The notes: generated by a model from the sequence alone, not told the origin. DNA of 64,000 nt from OM43 beta proteobacterium (GCA_042094875.1 JBELCI010000012.1:30104-94103), one strand, 5' to 3'; positions 42,065-53,381 are shown, numbered from the stretch's first letter. Numbers and translations: made by a program.

Positions 42065-43498
42065 ATGTCCGCTTATAATTATTCAAATAAATTTCTTCTT
42101 AATCCAGCTGAAATTAGTCATGATAGTTTATCAATGATAATGGATAAAATTAAAAATAAAAATATAGACTATGCAGATTTATATTTTCAATACTCAAAGA
42201 ATGAATTTTGGTCTCTTGAAGATGGTCAAGTAAAAAATGGAAGTTTCTCTATAGACCAGGGTGTGGGTGTTAGAGCAGTTAGTGACGAAAAAACAGCATT
42301 TACTTTCTCAAATGACATATCATTAAATACGTTGAATGATTCATTAAAAATTATAAAATCAATCACAAACCAAGGGCAATCAGTTTCAATACCTATACCA
42401 AAAAAAAATTTAAATAAATCTATTTATACAAATAGTGATCCTATTACAAAATTTGATAATCAAAAAAAAATTAATTTACTTGAAAAAATTGAATCGATTG
42501 CAAAATCAATTGATAAAAGAGTTATAAAAGTATCAGCCTCTCTAGCAGCTCAATATGAAATAGTTTTGATTAAAAGTTTTGGAGGAAACTTAATAGAAGA
42601 TGTTAGACCATTAGTAAGGCTATCTGTTAGTGTGATATCAGAATTAAATGGTAAAAGAGAGCAAGGTTCATCTGGTGGTGGAGGTAGATATCTTCTTGAT
42701 TATTTTACCGATGAGATACTTGAAAGCTATGCTAAAAAGGCTGTTAAACAATCATTAATTAATCTAGATGCTCGTCCCGCTCCTGCCGGTTCAATGACAG
42801 TTGTTCTGGGATCTGGTTGGCCTGGAATATTACTTCATGAAGCAATAGGTCATGGATTAGAAGGAGATTTTAATAGGAAAGGTACTTCTGCTTTTAGTAA
42901 TATGATGGGTCAGCAAGTTGCATCAAAAGATATTACGGTTGTTGATGACGGCACCATTGCAAATAGACGTGGGTCTCTTAATGTTGATGATGAAGGAAAC
43001 TCAACAAACAAAACAGTCTTAATTGAAGATGGTATTTTAGTTGGATATCTTCAGGATAGCCTCAATGCTCGATTAATGAATATGCCACTAACAGGAAACG
43101 GTCGACGAGAATCTTATGCTTACGCACCAATGCCAAGAATGACAAATACTTATATGACAAATGGTAATAATTCTCCAGAAGAAATTATTAATTCAGTTAG
43201 TGATGGTTTATATGCTGAAAATTTTGGAGGTGGTCAAGTTGATATCACAAGCGGTAAATTTGTTTTTTCCGCATCAGAAGCGTGGGTTATAAAAGATGGT
43301 AAATTAGATTATCCAGTTAAGGGAGCAACAATTATTGGTAATGGGCCCGATATTCTTAAAGAAGTCAGTATGGTTGGTAATGATATGAATTTAGACTCAG
43401 GTGTTGGAACATGCGGTAAAGACGGTCAAAGCGTTCCTGTGGGGGTTGGTCAACCAACATTAAAAATTGATAATATTATTGTGGGCGGCACTGGATAA
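42065..43498 (+). CDS. tldD: metalloprotease TldD
   Basis: 477 aa with HEAIGHGLEGD zinc motif. Confidence 0.95.
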   Translation: MSAYNYSNKFLLNPAEISHDSLSMIMDKIKNKNIDYADLYFQYSKNEFWSLEDGQVKNGSFSIDQGVGVRAVSDEKTAFTFSNDISLNTLNDSLKIIKSITNQGQSVSIPIPKKNLNKSIYTNSDPITKFDNQKKINLLEKIESIAKSIDKRVIKVSASLAAQYEIVLIKSFGGNLIEDVRPLVRLSVSVISELNGKREQGSSGGGGRYLLDYFTDEILESYAKKAVKQSLINLDARPAPAGSMTVVLGSGWPGILLHEAIGHGLEGDFNRKGTSAFSNMMGQQVASKDITVVDDGTIANRRGSLNVDDEGNSTNKTVLIEDGILVGYLQDSLNARLMNMPLTGNGRRESYAYAPMPRMTNTYMTNGNNSPEEIINSVSDGLYAENFGGGQVDITSGKFVFSASEAWVIKDGKLDYPVKGATIIGNGPDILKEVSMVGNDMNLDSGVGTCGKDGQSVPVGVGQPTLKIDNIIVGGTG

Positions 43499-43510
43499 AA
43501 AAGATAGCTT

Positions 43511-44083
43511 TTATTTAATCCTATTTTTATACTCTAAAGTTCTTGTATCAATTTCTATCTTATCTCCATTTTCGCAGAACAAAGGGACCATTAATTCAAA
43601 ACCGGTACTTATTTTAGCAGGCTTCATGACTTTACCTGAGGCAGTATCGCCTTTTACTGCTGGCTCTGTATAAGTAATTTCTCTTACAATAGAATTAGGT
43701 AATTCAATTGAGATAGCTTTCTCATCATAAAAAACTACTTCACATGACATCCCATCCTCTAAAAATTTTAACGTTTCTTCCATGTTATCTTTATCTACTT
43801 CATACTGATTAAAATCAGAATCCATGAAAATATAATTTGGATCAGAAAAGTAAGAAAAAGATACTTCTTTTTTTTCAAGAATTACCACATCAAATTTATC
43901 AGTTGCTTGATAAATAGTTTCAGTTGAATTATTCGTAAGTAAGTTTTTCATTTTCATTTTAACTATTGCAGCATTTTGTCTCCTCCCTGATTTGGATACA
44001 TTATATTCTGCTTTATGAATGACCATTGGAGAGCCATCAACCATTATGACGTTACCTACCCTAACTTCTTGTGCTGTTTTCAT
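43511..44083 (-). CDS. efp: translation elongation factor P (Arg-tip, EarP-type lineage, with elongated hairpin)
   Basis: 190 aa. Collinear with recalled Pseudomonas EF-P (MKTAQE..., [34 protein letters not shown]). Confidence 0.95.
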   Translation of the reverse strand: MKTAQEVRVGNVIMVDGSPMVIHKAEYNVSKSGRRQNAAIVKMKMKNLLTNNSTETIYQATDKFDVVILEKKEVSFSYFSDPNYIFMDSDFNQYEVDKDNMEETLKFLEDGMSCEVVFYDEKAISIELPNSIVREITYTEPAVKGDTASGKVMKPAKISTGFELMVPLFCENGDKIEIDTRTLEYKNRIK

Positions 44084-44163
44084 TAAGATTACCTTAGAGA
44101 TTTACTAAAAAAACGTAGAAATTATACTTTATTTTTACCTTCTAAGATTACAATGTAATTATT

Positions 44164-46800
44164 ATGCTACCAAACACATCAAGCACAATTATCTGCATGG
44201 CCGAAAATCAAGTTCAAGATTTTCGGCTAATGTACAAAGAAAAACTTAAAAAAAACATCATACGATTACCAAGTATTTATTCAATAAACCGTTGGCTAAA
44301 TATTGAATACAATAAATTTTGTATGGTAGGGTCAATTAATGAAAGCTATAGCATTTTAAACGGTATTGAAGAGAAATTACTCTGGGAAAAAATTATTCAA
44401 AATGACCTTAAAAAAGACAAAATCGAAAAAAGACAGATTAATGACATAACTGAAAAAGTAATAAGTGCAGATAGGCTTATTAGAGAATATAAGATTAGTA
44501 ATAATGAATTAAAAAATAACGAAACATACGAAGAAATATATAAATTTAATAAATGGCGTGATGAATTTAATGGTTATTGTGCTCAGAGAAATCTATTAAG
44601 TAGACTTGGCTTCATTGAGTTTTTTCAAGAAAAACAAAGGGAGCATAAAATTATTAAAAATCAAGAGATATTTGTAGCAGGGTTTGATAATAAAATTCAT
44701 ATATATCAGGAACTTATTGATATTCTTAGTAAAGAAAATATAATAAAAGATTATAAAAATAAAGAAAATATAATAGAACGACGAGAAACAAAAATAGTAT
44801 GCAAAAATATTGAAGAAGAAATTACAGCAGTTACTCAATGGGTTAAAGAAAACCAGAACAAGAAACTACTTATCATAAGTCCAGAACTAAGTAGATTTCA
44901 AAAAAAAATACAAAATAAGCTTGATCGAGAAATACAACCTAATATTTTTAAAGAATATAATAAAAATAATATATATAGTTCAAATCTTCAACGACCTTTA
45001 TCAAATGAACCAATAATAAATGCCGCAATAAATCTACTAAAATTAAATTATAAAAATCAAAATAATATAAAACTAATTTATGAATCATTACTTTTTAATA
45101 ATTGGATTGATGAGAAGAATTATGAAGATAGAGAACAATTAGCTAACTATATTAACGATAAAAAATTTCCAAAAATATCTATTTATTCTTTAATTAGATT
45201 GATAAAAAATGACCCTAAAATAAACAAATTAAACCTTAACTCTTTAACTAAAATTCTTTCTTTAATCATAAAAAATCAAAAATTTTGTATAAAAAAGAAA
45301 GGCATTAATGAATGGGTTAATTTTACCGAGCAATATTGGAAAGAAATAAAAATTTTTAAAATAAATAATTTATTATCATTTGAAATCAATAATATAGAAA
45401 GTTTAATTAAATCATTATATAAAGTTAAAAATAATAAAATTATTGATAAAAATATTACATTTGAAGAATATTGGGAAATACTTTTTACCCAACTAGAAAA
45501 TACACCTGCTCAAGAAGAAAAAAATGAATCTTTTGTCGATATTAATGGTTTTGAAGAAAATCCAATAAAAAATTATGATGCTCTTTGGCTCATGAATATG
45601 AATACAGACTTCTGGCCCAGTAAAATCGAATTTAACCCATTTATCCCAAAGAAGCTTCAAAAAAAATATCACATTTATGATGAAATTTATGCCAAAAAAA
45701 TAAATGAAGTTCGTTTAAATAGGCTAAAAAATTTTAGTTCAGACATTACGATATCTTACTCAGAGAAAGATGGCGATAAGCTATTATTCCCAACGCCAGG
45801 ATATTTTGAGAAATTAAAACCTAATCAAGCTTCTTTAAAATTAATAAAAAATCAAAATCCTAATACTGAATTAATTGAAGATCACAAGGCTCCTGCAATG
45901 GCTAAATCTGAAATTACTGTTTCAGGTGGTATTCGCACTCTAGAGAACTATCAAAAATGTCCTGCATGGGCTTTTTATGAAAATAGACTACATGCAACTT
46001 CTTTTCAAGAAGATAATCAAGATGAGGTTTCTAAAAGGTCTAGAGGTAATCTTATCCATGAGCTTTTAGAAAATTTTTGGAGAAAGCATAAAAACTCTAT
46101 CAACTTAGCTAATATGTCTGATAAAGTACTCGTCCAAAATATAGAAAAATTAACATGTGAAGTTATAGCCAATTACAAAAAAAATAAACCACATCTGACT
46201 ACAAATCAAATTAAGCTTGAAGAGGAATTTTATAAAGATTTACTGTATCAATGGCTAACCTATGAAAAAACCAAAAGGCCAAAATTCACTGTTGTTGAGT
46301 GCGAAAAAAAGTACAAAATCAAGATTGATCGAATAACTTTTAATGTGATTATTGATCGAATTGATGAATATGAAGATGGCTCAAGGTTAATTATTGACTA
46401 TAAAACAGGGATACAAAAACCAATATCTCACTGGAGCAAAGATCCAATAACAAGCTTACAAATGCCTATTTATATTTCATACGCAAATATAAAAGATATC
46501 AGCGCGGCTGGAATTGGTTATATTCATAATAATAATATCAAACTAGTTGGATTATCCTCTTATCATCAAAACCCAATCGATGCAGAGCTAAAAGAATACT
46601 CTCCATCAAAAAAAGATGAAGATCATTGGCAACATCTTAACAATATTTGGGGAATTACTATTGGTAAACTTGCATCAGAATTTTTAAGTGGAGATGCAAG
46701 AATGATATTTGAGAAAAATAGTGATCTTGAGAATTGCAATGTAAGACCCCTCTTAAGATTAGCTGAAGCTAAATGGTTGTATGAGCAAGAAGATGCATAA
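44164..46800 (+). CDS. AddB-like PD-(D/E)XK nuclease-family DNA repair protein
   Basis: 878 aa. C-terminal RecB-type nuclease motifs (GNLIHELLE; IIDRIDEYEDGSRLIIDYKTG). Precedes and overlaps a UvrD-type helicase-nuclease gene, as in addB-addA pairs. Confidence 0.75.
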   Translation: MLPNTSSTIICMAENQVQDFRLMYKEKLKKNIIRLPSIYSINRWLNIEYNKFCMVGSINESYSILNGIEEKLLWEKIIQNDLKKDKIEKRQINDITEKVISADRLIREYKISNNELKNNETYEEIYKFNKWRDEFNGYCAQRNLLSRLGFIEFFQEKQREHKIIKNQEIFVAGFDNKIHIYQELIDILSKENIIKDYKNKENIIERRETKIVCKNIEEEITAVTQWVKENQNKKLLIISPELSRFQKKIQNKLDREIQPNIFKEYNKNNIYSSNLQRPLSNEPIINAAINLLKLNYKNQNNIKLIYESLLFNNWIDEKNYEDREQLANYINDKKFPKISIYSLIRLIKNDPKINKLNLNSLTKILSLIIKNQKFCIKKKGINEWVNFTEQYWKEIKIFKINNLLSFEINNIESLIKSLYKVKNNKIIDKNITFEEYWEILFTQLENTPAQEEKNESFVDINGFEENPIKNYDALWLMNMNTDFWPSKIEFNPFIPKKLQKKYHIYDEIYAKKINEVRLNRLKNFSSDITISYSEKDGDKLLFPTPGYFEKLKPNQASLKLIKNQNPNTELIEDHKAPAMAKSEITVSGGIRTLENYQKCPAWAFYENRLHATSFQEDNQDEVSKRSRGNLIHELLENFWRKHKNSINLANMSDKVLVQNIEKLTCEVIANYKKNKPHLTTNQIKLEEEFYKDLLYQWLTYEKTKRPKFTVVECEKKYKIKIDRITFNVIIDRIDEYEDGSRLIIDYKTGIQKPISHWSKDPITSLQMPIYISYANIKDISAAGIGYIHNNNIKLVGLSSYHQNPIDAELKEYSPSKKDEDHWQHLNNIWGITIGKLASEFLSGDARMIFEKNSDLENCNVRPLLRLAEAKWLYEQEDA

Positions 46801-49800
46801 ACCAATAGATCAATCAACTCGAGATGAGGTTATAGACCCGAAATTTTCTTTTTTAGTTCAGGCACCTGCTGGGTCAGGTAAAACAACTACTCTAGCCAAT
46901 AGAATACTGCAACTTTTAACAGTTGTTAATAGCCCAAAAGAAATTATTGCAATGAGCTTTACAAATAAAGCAGCTGCAGAAATGCATCACAAAGTTAAAG
47001 ACCAATATAAAAAACTGGAAAATAAAGAGATAGTTAAAAAAATTGAATTAAGAGCTAAGAAACTCAAATGGGATCGGAATTACCTAGAATTATTACAAAT
47101 AATGACAATTGATAGCCTCGCATCAAAAATTACTCGCCAAACCCCTATTCTCAGTAAATCACTATTTATGAACATAAGTGAAGACCCCCATTCAATTTAT
47201 GAATCTGCAGTTAAAGAAACTATGAAAGATAGCCAACAATTATCTGAATTATTTCCATTTTTGAATTATGACTATCAAAAAATAGAAAAACAATTAATTA
47301 AACAGCTTGAAACTAGAGACGAATGGTTAGATAAAGTAATTAATTATACTGATTTAGGTCCAAAATCTATCGAGAATGAAATAAAAGCTTATTGGTCAAA
47401 TGAAACAGGAAAATATGTTAGTGAACTCATAAAATTATTCAATAAAGATCAAATAGAAGACATCAAAAATATTTTATCTTACCTGGATTCCAACTTTGTT
47501 CATCAGGAAAATAAAATAGATTTTTGGCTTATATTTAGAGATTTAATAATGACTAAAGAGGGAGAATTTCGTAAGCAATTTAGTCTAAAAGAAGGATTTT
47601 CAAAGGATAAAGAAGGTGAGTTTCATAAAGAAAAATTATTAGAAATAATTAAATTTTTTAATATAAACAATAGTTTATCAAATTTTAATAATGTATTATA
47701 TGAGAATAAAATATTTGATATTATTCCAACAAAAATACACAGTGCATGTATTCTTCTCTCAGAGCTTTATAAAAATCTTCTAGTAGAATTTAAATTAAGA
47801 GGAGAAATAGATTATATCCAGGCAACTAATAATGCCAATTATGCTTTAGAAGATACAGATGTCGGCATACTATTTGATGAAAATATTTCCCATATTCTAA
47901 TCGATGAATTTCAAGATATAAATCAATCGCAAGAAAAATTTCTTGAAAAGCTTACTTATAATTTTTCAGGAAATCCCAACAAATCTTTTTTTGCTGTTGG
48001 AGACCCTATGCAATCTATATATCGCTTTAGGAAAGCTGATGTTGGTATTTTTCTTAATTTACAAGCTAAGGAAAAGTTTGGAGACATCAAACTTAAAGTA
48101 CGTAAATTAGAAGTAAATTTTCGATCAGACAAAAAGATTATTGATTGGTTAAATGGTACATATAAAAAAGTATTTGGGGAGATTAATGATATAGATAAAG
48201 GCTTAATCGAATACCATTCTTCATTTGAGGCACCAGAAACTGCAGACACCGAAGGTAGTGGTGTTCATTTTCATGTACTTGAAAACAAAACAAAAGATAT
48301 CTTTACCGCACAAAATGAAGAGGCTGAGTATATTTTACAAACGATTAAAGCTATAAAAGCTAGCAAAAAAAATATTGAAATTGCAGTCTTAACTCGCAAC
48401 CGATCACATTTAACAGGCTTGTTAACCAAGATGAGGCAAAAAGATATCCCAATTGAAGCAATCGAGATTGATTCAATAGAATACAACCAGGCATTCCAGG
48501 ATATTCTTTGCCTCACCAAAGCACTTTATAACCTAAATGATAGGGTTAGTTGGATTGGTATCTTAAGGGCTCCTTGGTGTGGTTTAAAGTTGGAAGATTT
48601 AACTTGTCTATTTGAAACAAATACAAAAGAAACGCCATGGAAAATTATTAATGATATTTCAGTAACAAAAAATTTAACCAGTGATGGAAAAAAAAGACTG
48701 GAATGTCTCAGAAAGATTATAAATAAAAATATACAATTTCGAGGTAGAGTTGCACACCGTTTTTTTATTGAAGCAATATGGAGACAGTTACTTGGAGAAG
48801 AAACAATAGGAAGCGACGATATAAAGCGAATTGATACATTTTTAGATCTTGTTGATCAATCAAGCTCACCCCTATCTATCGATTTTGATAAATTAAACCG
48901 ACTCGTCGAAGATTTACATACTGATCACCAATCAAATGAAAAACCAGTCCAATTTTTTACGATTCATAAAGCAAAAGGAATGGAATTTGAATGCGTCATT
49001 ATTCCTGGAATTGGACGCATTCCAAAATCAGAAGATAACACATTCATTGCACAAGATAAGACAGTATTATCCCTTAATAATAATAAAGAAAAGCAAGATA
49101 ATCTCTATAGTTACCAGCGAAGTAAAGAATTAATAAGACTGCAGAATGAAAAAATTAGACTGCTTTATGTAGCAATTACAAGAGCTAAAAAATACTGTCA
49201 TCTAATTGGAACAGTTGAAGAAAATTCAAAGGGTGAACTAAATCCACCTAAAAACAGCTTTCTAAAAATATTGTGGCCTCAATCTGTAACTAAAGACAAT
49301 AAAAATAGAATAGATAAAGATAAATTTGTACCTAAATTAAGGCGACTTAAAAGCAAAAGCTTTAATCGAAAAATAGCGATAAATACCAAAATTTCGTCAA
49401 ATAAAACAATAGAAAATAAGAAAATATCCTCAGAAAGTATTTATACATTTTCCGGTACTATTATTCATAATTACTATGAATTAATAATTAAAAATCAATT
49501 AGATATTGATGATTTATTAAGTAAAAAATTAAGTTATATTTCAGAGATATTTACTAAAAATCGCTATAAAGAGTCTGAAATAAACACTGCAATTTCAATC
49601 GTAAAAAAATCTTTGTTATCACTTCAAAAAAGTAAAGATGGGCAATGGATATATCAACTTCATGAAGACGAAGGTATGGAAATTAATTATTTACATACTG
49701 CAGATAATAAGACTGAAACACTTATTCCAGATCGAACTTTTATAGAAGATAGTACTAGATGGATAATTGACTATAAAACAGTATTTAATGATAAAGATGT

Positions 49801-49921
49801 AAAAATTACCAAGAAATTCATTGATCAATTAGATTTATATGAATCATTGTTTATCAACGATAATATTCCAATCCAAAAAGCTATTTATTTTGTTGCGCAA
49901 GGAAAGCTCAGTTTAATTTAA
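46793..49921 (+). CDS. AddA-like UvrD/REP-family helicase-nuclease
   Basis: Walker A QAPAGSGKTT, motif II LIDEFQD, FTIHKAKGMEF, VAITRAK and C-terminal nuclease WIIDYKT. Start could be 46781 or 46793; either overlaps the upstream gene. Confidence 0.8.
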   Translation: MHKPIDQSTRDEVIDPKFSFLVQAPAGSGKTTTLANRILQLLTVVNSPKEIIAMSFTNKAAAEMHHKVKDQYKKLENKEIVKKIELRAKKLKWDRNYLELLQIMTIDSLASKITRQTPILSKSLFMNISEDPHSIYESAVKETMKDSQQLSELFPFLNYDYQKIEKQLIKQLETRDEWLDKVINYTDLGPKSIENEIKAYWSNETGKYVSELIKLFNKDQIEDIKNILSYLDSNFVHQENKIDFWLIFRDLIMTKEGEFRKQFSLKEGFSKDKEGEFHKEKLLEIIKFFNINNSLSNFNNVLYENKIFDIIPTKIHSACILLSELYKNLLVEFKLRGEIDYIQATNNANYALEDTDVGILFDENISHILIDEFQDINQSQEKFLEKLTYNFSGNPNKSFFAVGDPMQSIYRFRKADVGIFLNLQAKEKFGDIKLKVRKLEVNFRSDKKIIDWLNGTYKKVFGEINDIDKGLIEYHSSFEAPETADTEGSGVHFHVLENKTKDIFTAQNEEAEYILQTIKAIKASKKNIEIAVLTRNRSHLTGLLTKMRQKDIPIEAIEIDSIEYNQAFQDILCLTKALYNLNDRVSWIGILRAPWCGLKLEDLTCLFETNTKETPWKIINDISVTKNLTSDGKKRLECLRKIINKNIQFRGRVAHRFFIEAIWRQLLGEETIGSDDIKRIDTFLDLVDQSSSPLSIDFDKLNRLVEDLHTDHQSNEKPVQFFTIHKAKGMEFECVIIPGIGRIPKSEDNTFIAQDKTVLSLNNNKEKQDNLYSYQRSKELIRLQNEKIRLLYVAITRAKKYCHLIGTVEENSKGELNPPKNSFLKILWPQSVTKDNKNRIDKDKFVPKLRRLKSKSFNRKIAINTKISSNKTIENKKISSESIYTFSGTIIHNYYELIIKNQLDIDDLLSKKLSYISEIFTKNRYKESEINTAISIVKKSLLSLQKSKDGQWIYQLHEDEGMEINYLHTADNKTETLIPDRTFIEDSTRWIIDYKTVFNDKDVKITKKFIDQLDLYESLFINDNIPIQKAIYFVAQGKLSLI

Positions 49922-52900
49922 ACCGTATCTTTTAATAATTTTTTTATATACGCTGATCGTTCTTTTAACTTTTCAATTGAAATCATTGCTTTTATCTTAT
50001 TAGGTCCATTCATTTTAATTGCTTTATTAGATTGAATCAGGTCAATTAATTTAACTGGGTCAATATTAGCATCACTTTGAAAAGTTATTTCAATAGATGA
50101 AGAGCTAGCGTCTACCTTTATTACATCATATTTATCAATATCGACTCTTAATTGATGAGTAATAATTAAGTTTTTTGCTTGGTCTGGCAAAACACCAAAT
50201 CTATCAATTAGTTCTTCTGTTAATTCATTTATTTTTTCAGTGTTTTCACAGTCTGATAAACGTTTATAGATAATCAATCGCTCATTTATATTGCGACAAT
50301 AACTTTCCGGCAAGATTGCTGGCGCATGTAAATTTATTTCTTTATTTTTACTTAAAGGTGTATCAATATCTAATTTTTTACCTAATTTAATCTGCTTAAC
50401 TGTTTTATTCAACATATCAATATACAAATTAAATCCAATTTCATGAATTTGACCACTTTGGTTATCCCCAAGAAGCTCGCCTGCACCTCTAATTTCTAAA
50501 TCATGAATAGCCAAATAATAGCCCGCGCCTAAATCTTCTAATAATTGTATTGCTTCTAGTCTTTTTTTAGCTTGAGATGAAATTTTTTTATCTTGATCTA
50601 AAAGAAGATAAGCATAAGCCTGATGATGCGAGCGACCTACGCGCCCCCTAAGCTGATGTAACTGACCCAAACCAAATTTATCTGCACGATTTATGATAAT
50701 TGTATTAGCAGTTGGTATATCTATTCCATTTTCTATAATAGTAGTGCACAACAAAATATTTATTCTTTGCTGATTAAAATCCTGCATTATATGTTCAAGC
50801 TCTTTTTCTCTTAATTGGCCATGAGCAATACCTATTTTTGCTTCAGGAATTAACTTCGAAAGTCTTTCGTGCATTGATTTAATGGTATTTACTTCATTAT
50901 GAAGAAAATATACCTGACCTCCTCTATTAAATTCTCTCAGAACTGCTTCACGAATGGTGCCAAGACTAAATTCATATACAAATGTTTTTATTGATAATCG
51001 TTTTTGTGGTGGAGTAGCTATAATTGAAAACTCTCTTAATCCCTCCATTGCCATCGACAATGTTCTTGGAATTGGCGTAGCTGTCAAAGTTAATACATCA
51101 ACATTTGCTCTAAATTCTTTTAAATTTTCTTTTTGTCTAACTCCAAATCGATGTTCCTCATCTATAATTACAAGTCCTAGATCTTTAAATTTCACATCAG
51201 ATTGTAAAAGTCTATGAGTGCCTATAATTACATCTACTTTTCCCTCTTCCAATCTAATTAATGATTCATTTTGCTGTTTCTTAGTTTTAAATCTTGAAAT
51301 TTCTTCAATCTTTATAGGCCATTTTGCAAATCTATCTATAAAAGTATTAAAATGCTGCTCAGCTAGCAAAGTTGTTGGCACCAAAACAACAACCTGCTTG
51401 GAATTCATCACAGATATAAAAGCAGCTCTTAGAGCAACTTCTGTCTTACCAAACCCAACATCACCACAAACTAATCTATCCATCGGTCTTGGTGCTTCTA
51501 AATCTTTTATTACACTTTCTATAGCCTCTAACTGATCAGCAGTTTCTTCAAATGGAAAGCCTTCGATAAATGATTCGTAATCATTTAATTTTATAGTTTG
51601 ACTATTTCCTTTTTGAAGAGCGCGCTTTGCGTAAAGACTCAAAAGTTCTGCTGCTGTATCATGAATTTGTTTAAGGGCTTTCCTTTTTGCCTTGTCCCAT
51701 GCTTTACTTCCAAGGCTATTGAGAGGAGCTGATTCAGATGGCCCGCCAGAATATCTTGATACTAGATGTAGTTGTGGGACAGGTACATATAATTTAGTAT
51801 TTCCATGATAATGAAGTAATAAGAATTCTGTTTGATTATTATCAAAATCTAAATTAGTTAAGCCATGATATCTTCCAACACCGTATTGTTCATGAACAAC
51901 TGGATCCCCTATTTTAAGCTCAGTTAAATCTTTAACAATACCTTCAGAATTAAAATTTTTATCTCGATTTTTTTTAGTTGATTGGGTTACATAATTTGGA
52001 AAAATTTCATTTTCGGTAATAACACAAAGATCCTTTGACAAAAAACCATTATGCAGGGGACTTGTTATAAGGTTTACTTTATCTTTAGACTCCTTAAATT
52101 TTTGCCAACTCTCTACTACAGAAAATTTAATTTTACTATCTCTTAGTAAATCAGCTAATATCTCCCTTCTTCCTAAACCTTCAGCACATATTAAAATTTT
52201 ATTTTTTTTGCTTTTAATAAAAATATGTAATTTTTTTAATGGATATTCATTACTTCTATCAATACTTAGATCACTCGGGAAGCTTGCTAAGACTTTATTT
52301 TTAGCTTTTATTTTTTGAAATTTATCTATATTTTTAAAAAAAATATCTGAACGCATTAAGAAATTATGAGGTTCTAAAATAGGTCTTTCTAAATCATACG
52401 CATATAAACTAAATCTTTTTTCAGCTTCAAGCCAATAGTTCTGAGATGCCTCAGCTAACGATTCATCTATAAAGATAGGATCATCTAAATCTAAATAATC
52501 AAATATCGTATTTGTTGATTCAAAAAACAAAGGTAAATACCATTCCATTCCAGCAAAAGGATTACCTTTGGTGATGCTTTGATAAATTTTTGATTTTGAT
52601 GGGTCTCCCTCAAATTTTTCTCTATAATTCTGACGAAAAATTTTTATACCTAATTCATCAAGGGGACATTCTCTCGCAGGCAATAATTCTATTTCATTGT
52701 TAGGGTATAAACTTCTTTGCGTATCAGGATCAAATGTTCTAATAGAATCAATTTGTGTGTCGAAAAAATCTATTCGGTATGGCACTATTGAGCCCATTGG
52801 AAATAAATCTATTAACCCACCTCTTACTGCATATTCTCCAGGTTGAATAACTTTTTCTACATTTAAGTAACCATTTTTAATTAATGTTTCTTTGAAACTT

Positions 52901-53316
52901 TCTAAATCTACATTTTGATTTTTTTTAAACTGAAAACTGTATCTTTCAATATAATCTCGAGGAGGAACTAAATGCAATGCTGTTGAAATCGGAATTAGAT
53001 TAATATCAAATTCTTTTTTAGTCATTTGATATAGAGTCAATAGCCTTTCTGAAGTTAAATCAGGATGAGGAGATATTTGATCATAAGGCAATGTTTCCCA
53101 GTCTGGGAGAAGATTTACTTTTAGTTTAGGGAAAAACCATGAAATTTCCTCTTTTATTCGAACAGCATCAAATACCGAGCAAGTAATAACATTTAGTGAT
53201 TTTGAATCTTTTTGTAAAAAGCCTTCAAAATACTCTCCAATCGAATGGCTAAGAGAAGTTCTAATCTCAAGAAAAAAATCTTTTTGTGATTTATTATTTA
53301 CTAATTTTGTAGGCAT
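49918..53316 (-). CDS. mfd: transcription-repair coupling factor
   Basis: 1132 aa with CarD/TRCF RNAP-interaction region (GDPVVHEQYGVGRY), helicase motifs GDVGFGKTEV and DEEHRFGV, and a TRG region. Confidence 0.97.
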   Translation of the reverse strand: MPTKLVNNKSQKDFFLEIRTSLSHSIGEYFEGFLQKDSKSLNVITCSVFDAVRIKEEISWFFPKLKVNLLPDWETLPYDQISPHPDLTSERLLTLYQMTKKEFDINLIPISTALHLVPPRDYIERYSFQFKKNQNVDLESFKETLIKNGYLNVEKVIQPGEYAVRGGLIDLFPMGSIVPYRIDFFDTQIDSIRTFDPDTQRSLYPNNEIELLPARECPLDELGIKIFRQNYREKFEGDPSKSKIYQSITKGNPFAGMEWYLPLFFESTNTIFDYLDLDDPIFIDESLAEASQNYWLEAEKRFSLYAYDLERPILEPHNFLMRSDIFFKNIDKFQKIKAKNKVLASFPSDLSIDRSNEYPLKKLHIFIKSKKNKILICAEGLGRREILADLLRDSKIKFSVVESWQKFKESKDKVNLITSPLHNGFLSKDLCVITENEIFPNYVTQSTKKNRDKNFNSEGIVKDLTELKIGDPVVHEQYGVGRYHGLTNLDFDNNQTEFLLLHYHGNTKLYVPVPQLHLVSRYSGGPSESAPLNSLGSKAWDKAKRKALKQIHDTAAELLSLYAKRALQKGNSQTIKLNDYESFIEGFPFEETADQLEAIESVIKDLEAPRPMDRLVCGDVGFGKTEVALRAAFISVMNSKQVVVLVPTTLLAEQHFNTFIDRFAKWPIKIEEISRFKTKKQQNESLIRLEEGKVDVIIGTHRLLQSDVKFKDLGLVIIDEEHRFGVRQKENLKEFRANVDVLTLTATPIPRTLSMAMEGLREFSIIATPPQKRLSIKTFVYEFSLGTIREAVLREFNRGGQVYFLHNEVNTIKSMHERLSKLIPEAKIGIAHGQLREKELEHIMQDFNQQRINILLCTTIIENGIDIPTANTIIINRADKFGLGQLHQLRGRVGRSHHQAYAYLLLDQDKKISSQAKKRLEAIQLLEDLGAGYYLAIHDLEIRGAGELLGDNQSGQIHEIGFNLYIDMLNKTVKQIKLGKKLDIDTPLSKNKEINLHAPAILPESYCRNINERLIIYKRLSDCENTEKINELTEELIDRFGVLPDQAKNLIITHQLRVDIDKYDVIKVDASSSSIEITFQSDANIDPVKLIDLIQSNKAIKMNGPNKIKAMISIEKLKERSAYIKKLLKDTV

Positions 53317-53381
53317 GCAATACTATCTTTATTAAACCGCACATTATAAACAATTATTGCTAATATAAATGGGAAATAGAC

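Noticed and set aside
43467-43673. A 68-aa plus-strand ORF bridging the tldD 3' end and efp.
   Set aside because: It overlaps the tldD C-terminus out of frame and lies antisense to the well-conserved C-terminal domain of efp. It shows no independent signals.
32798-44151. A recurrent TAAGAT(T) motif in several intergenic regions (about 32800 on the reverse strand, 36112, 44084 and 44143, plus 59634 and 59702 further downstream), including a 9-mer TAAGATTAC repeated in the efp/addB-like spacer.
   Set aside because: It is short and AT-rich and resembles a -10 hexamer (TAAGAT versus TATAAT). Orientations relative to the flanking genes are inconsistent, and this number of occurrences is compatible with chance plus promoter -10 elements.
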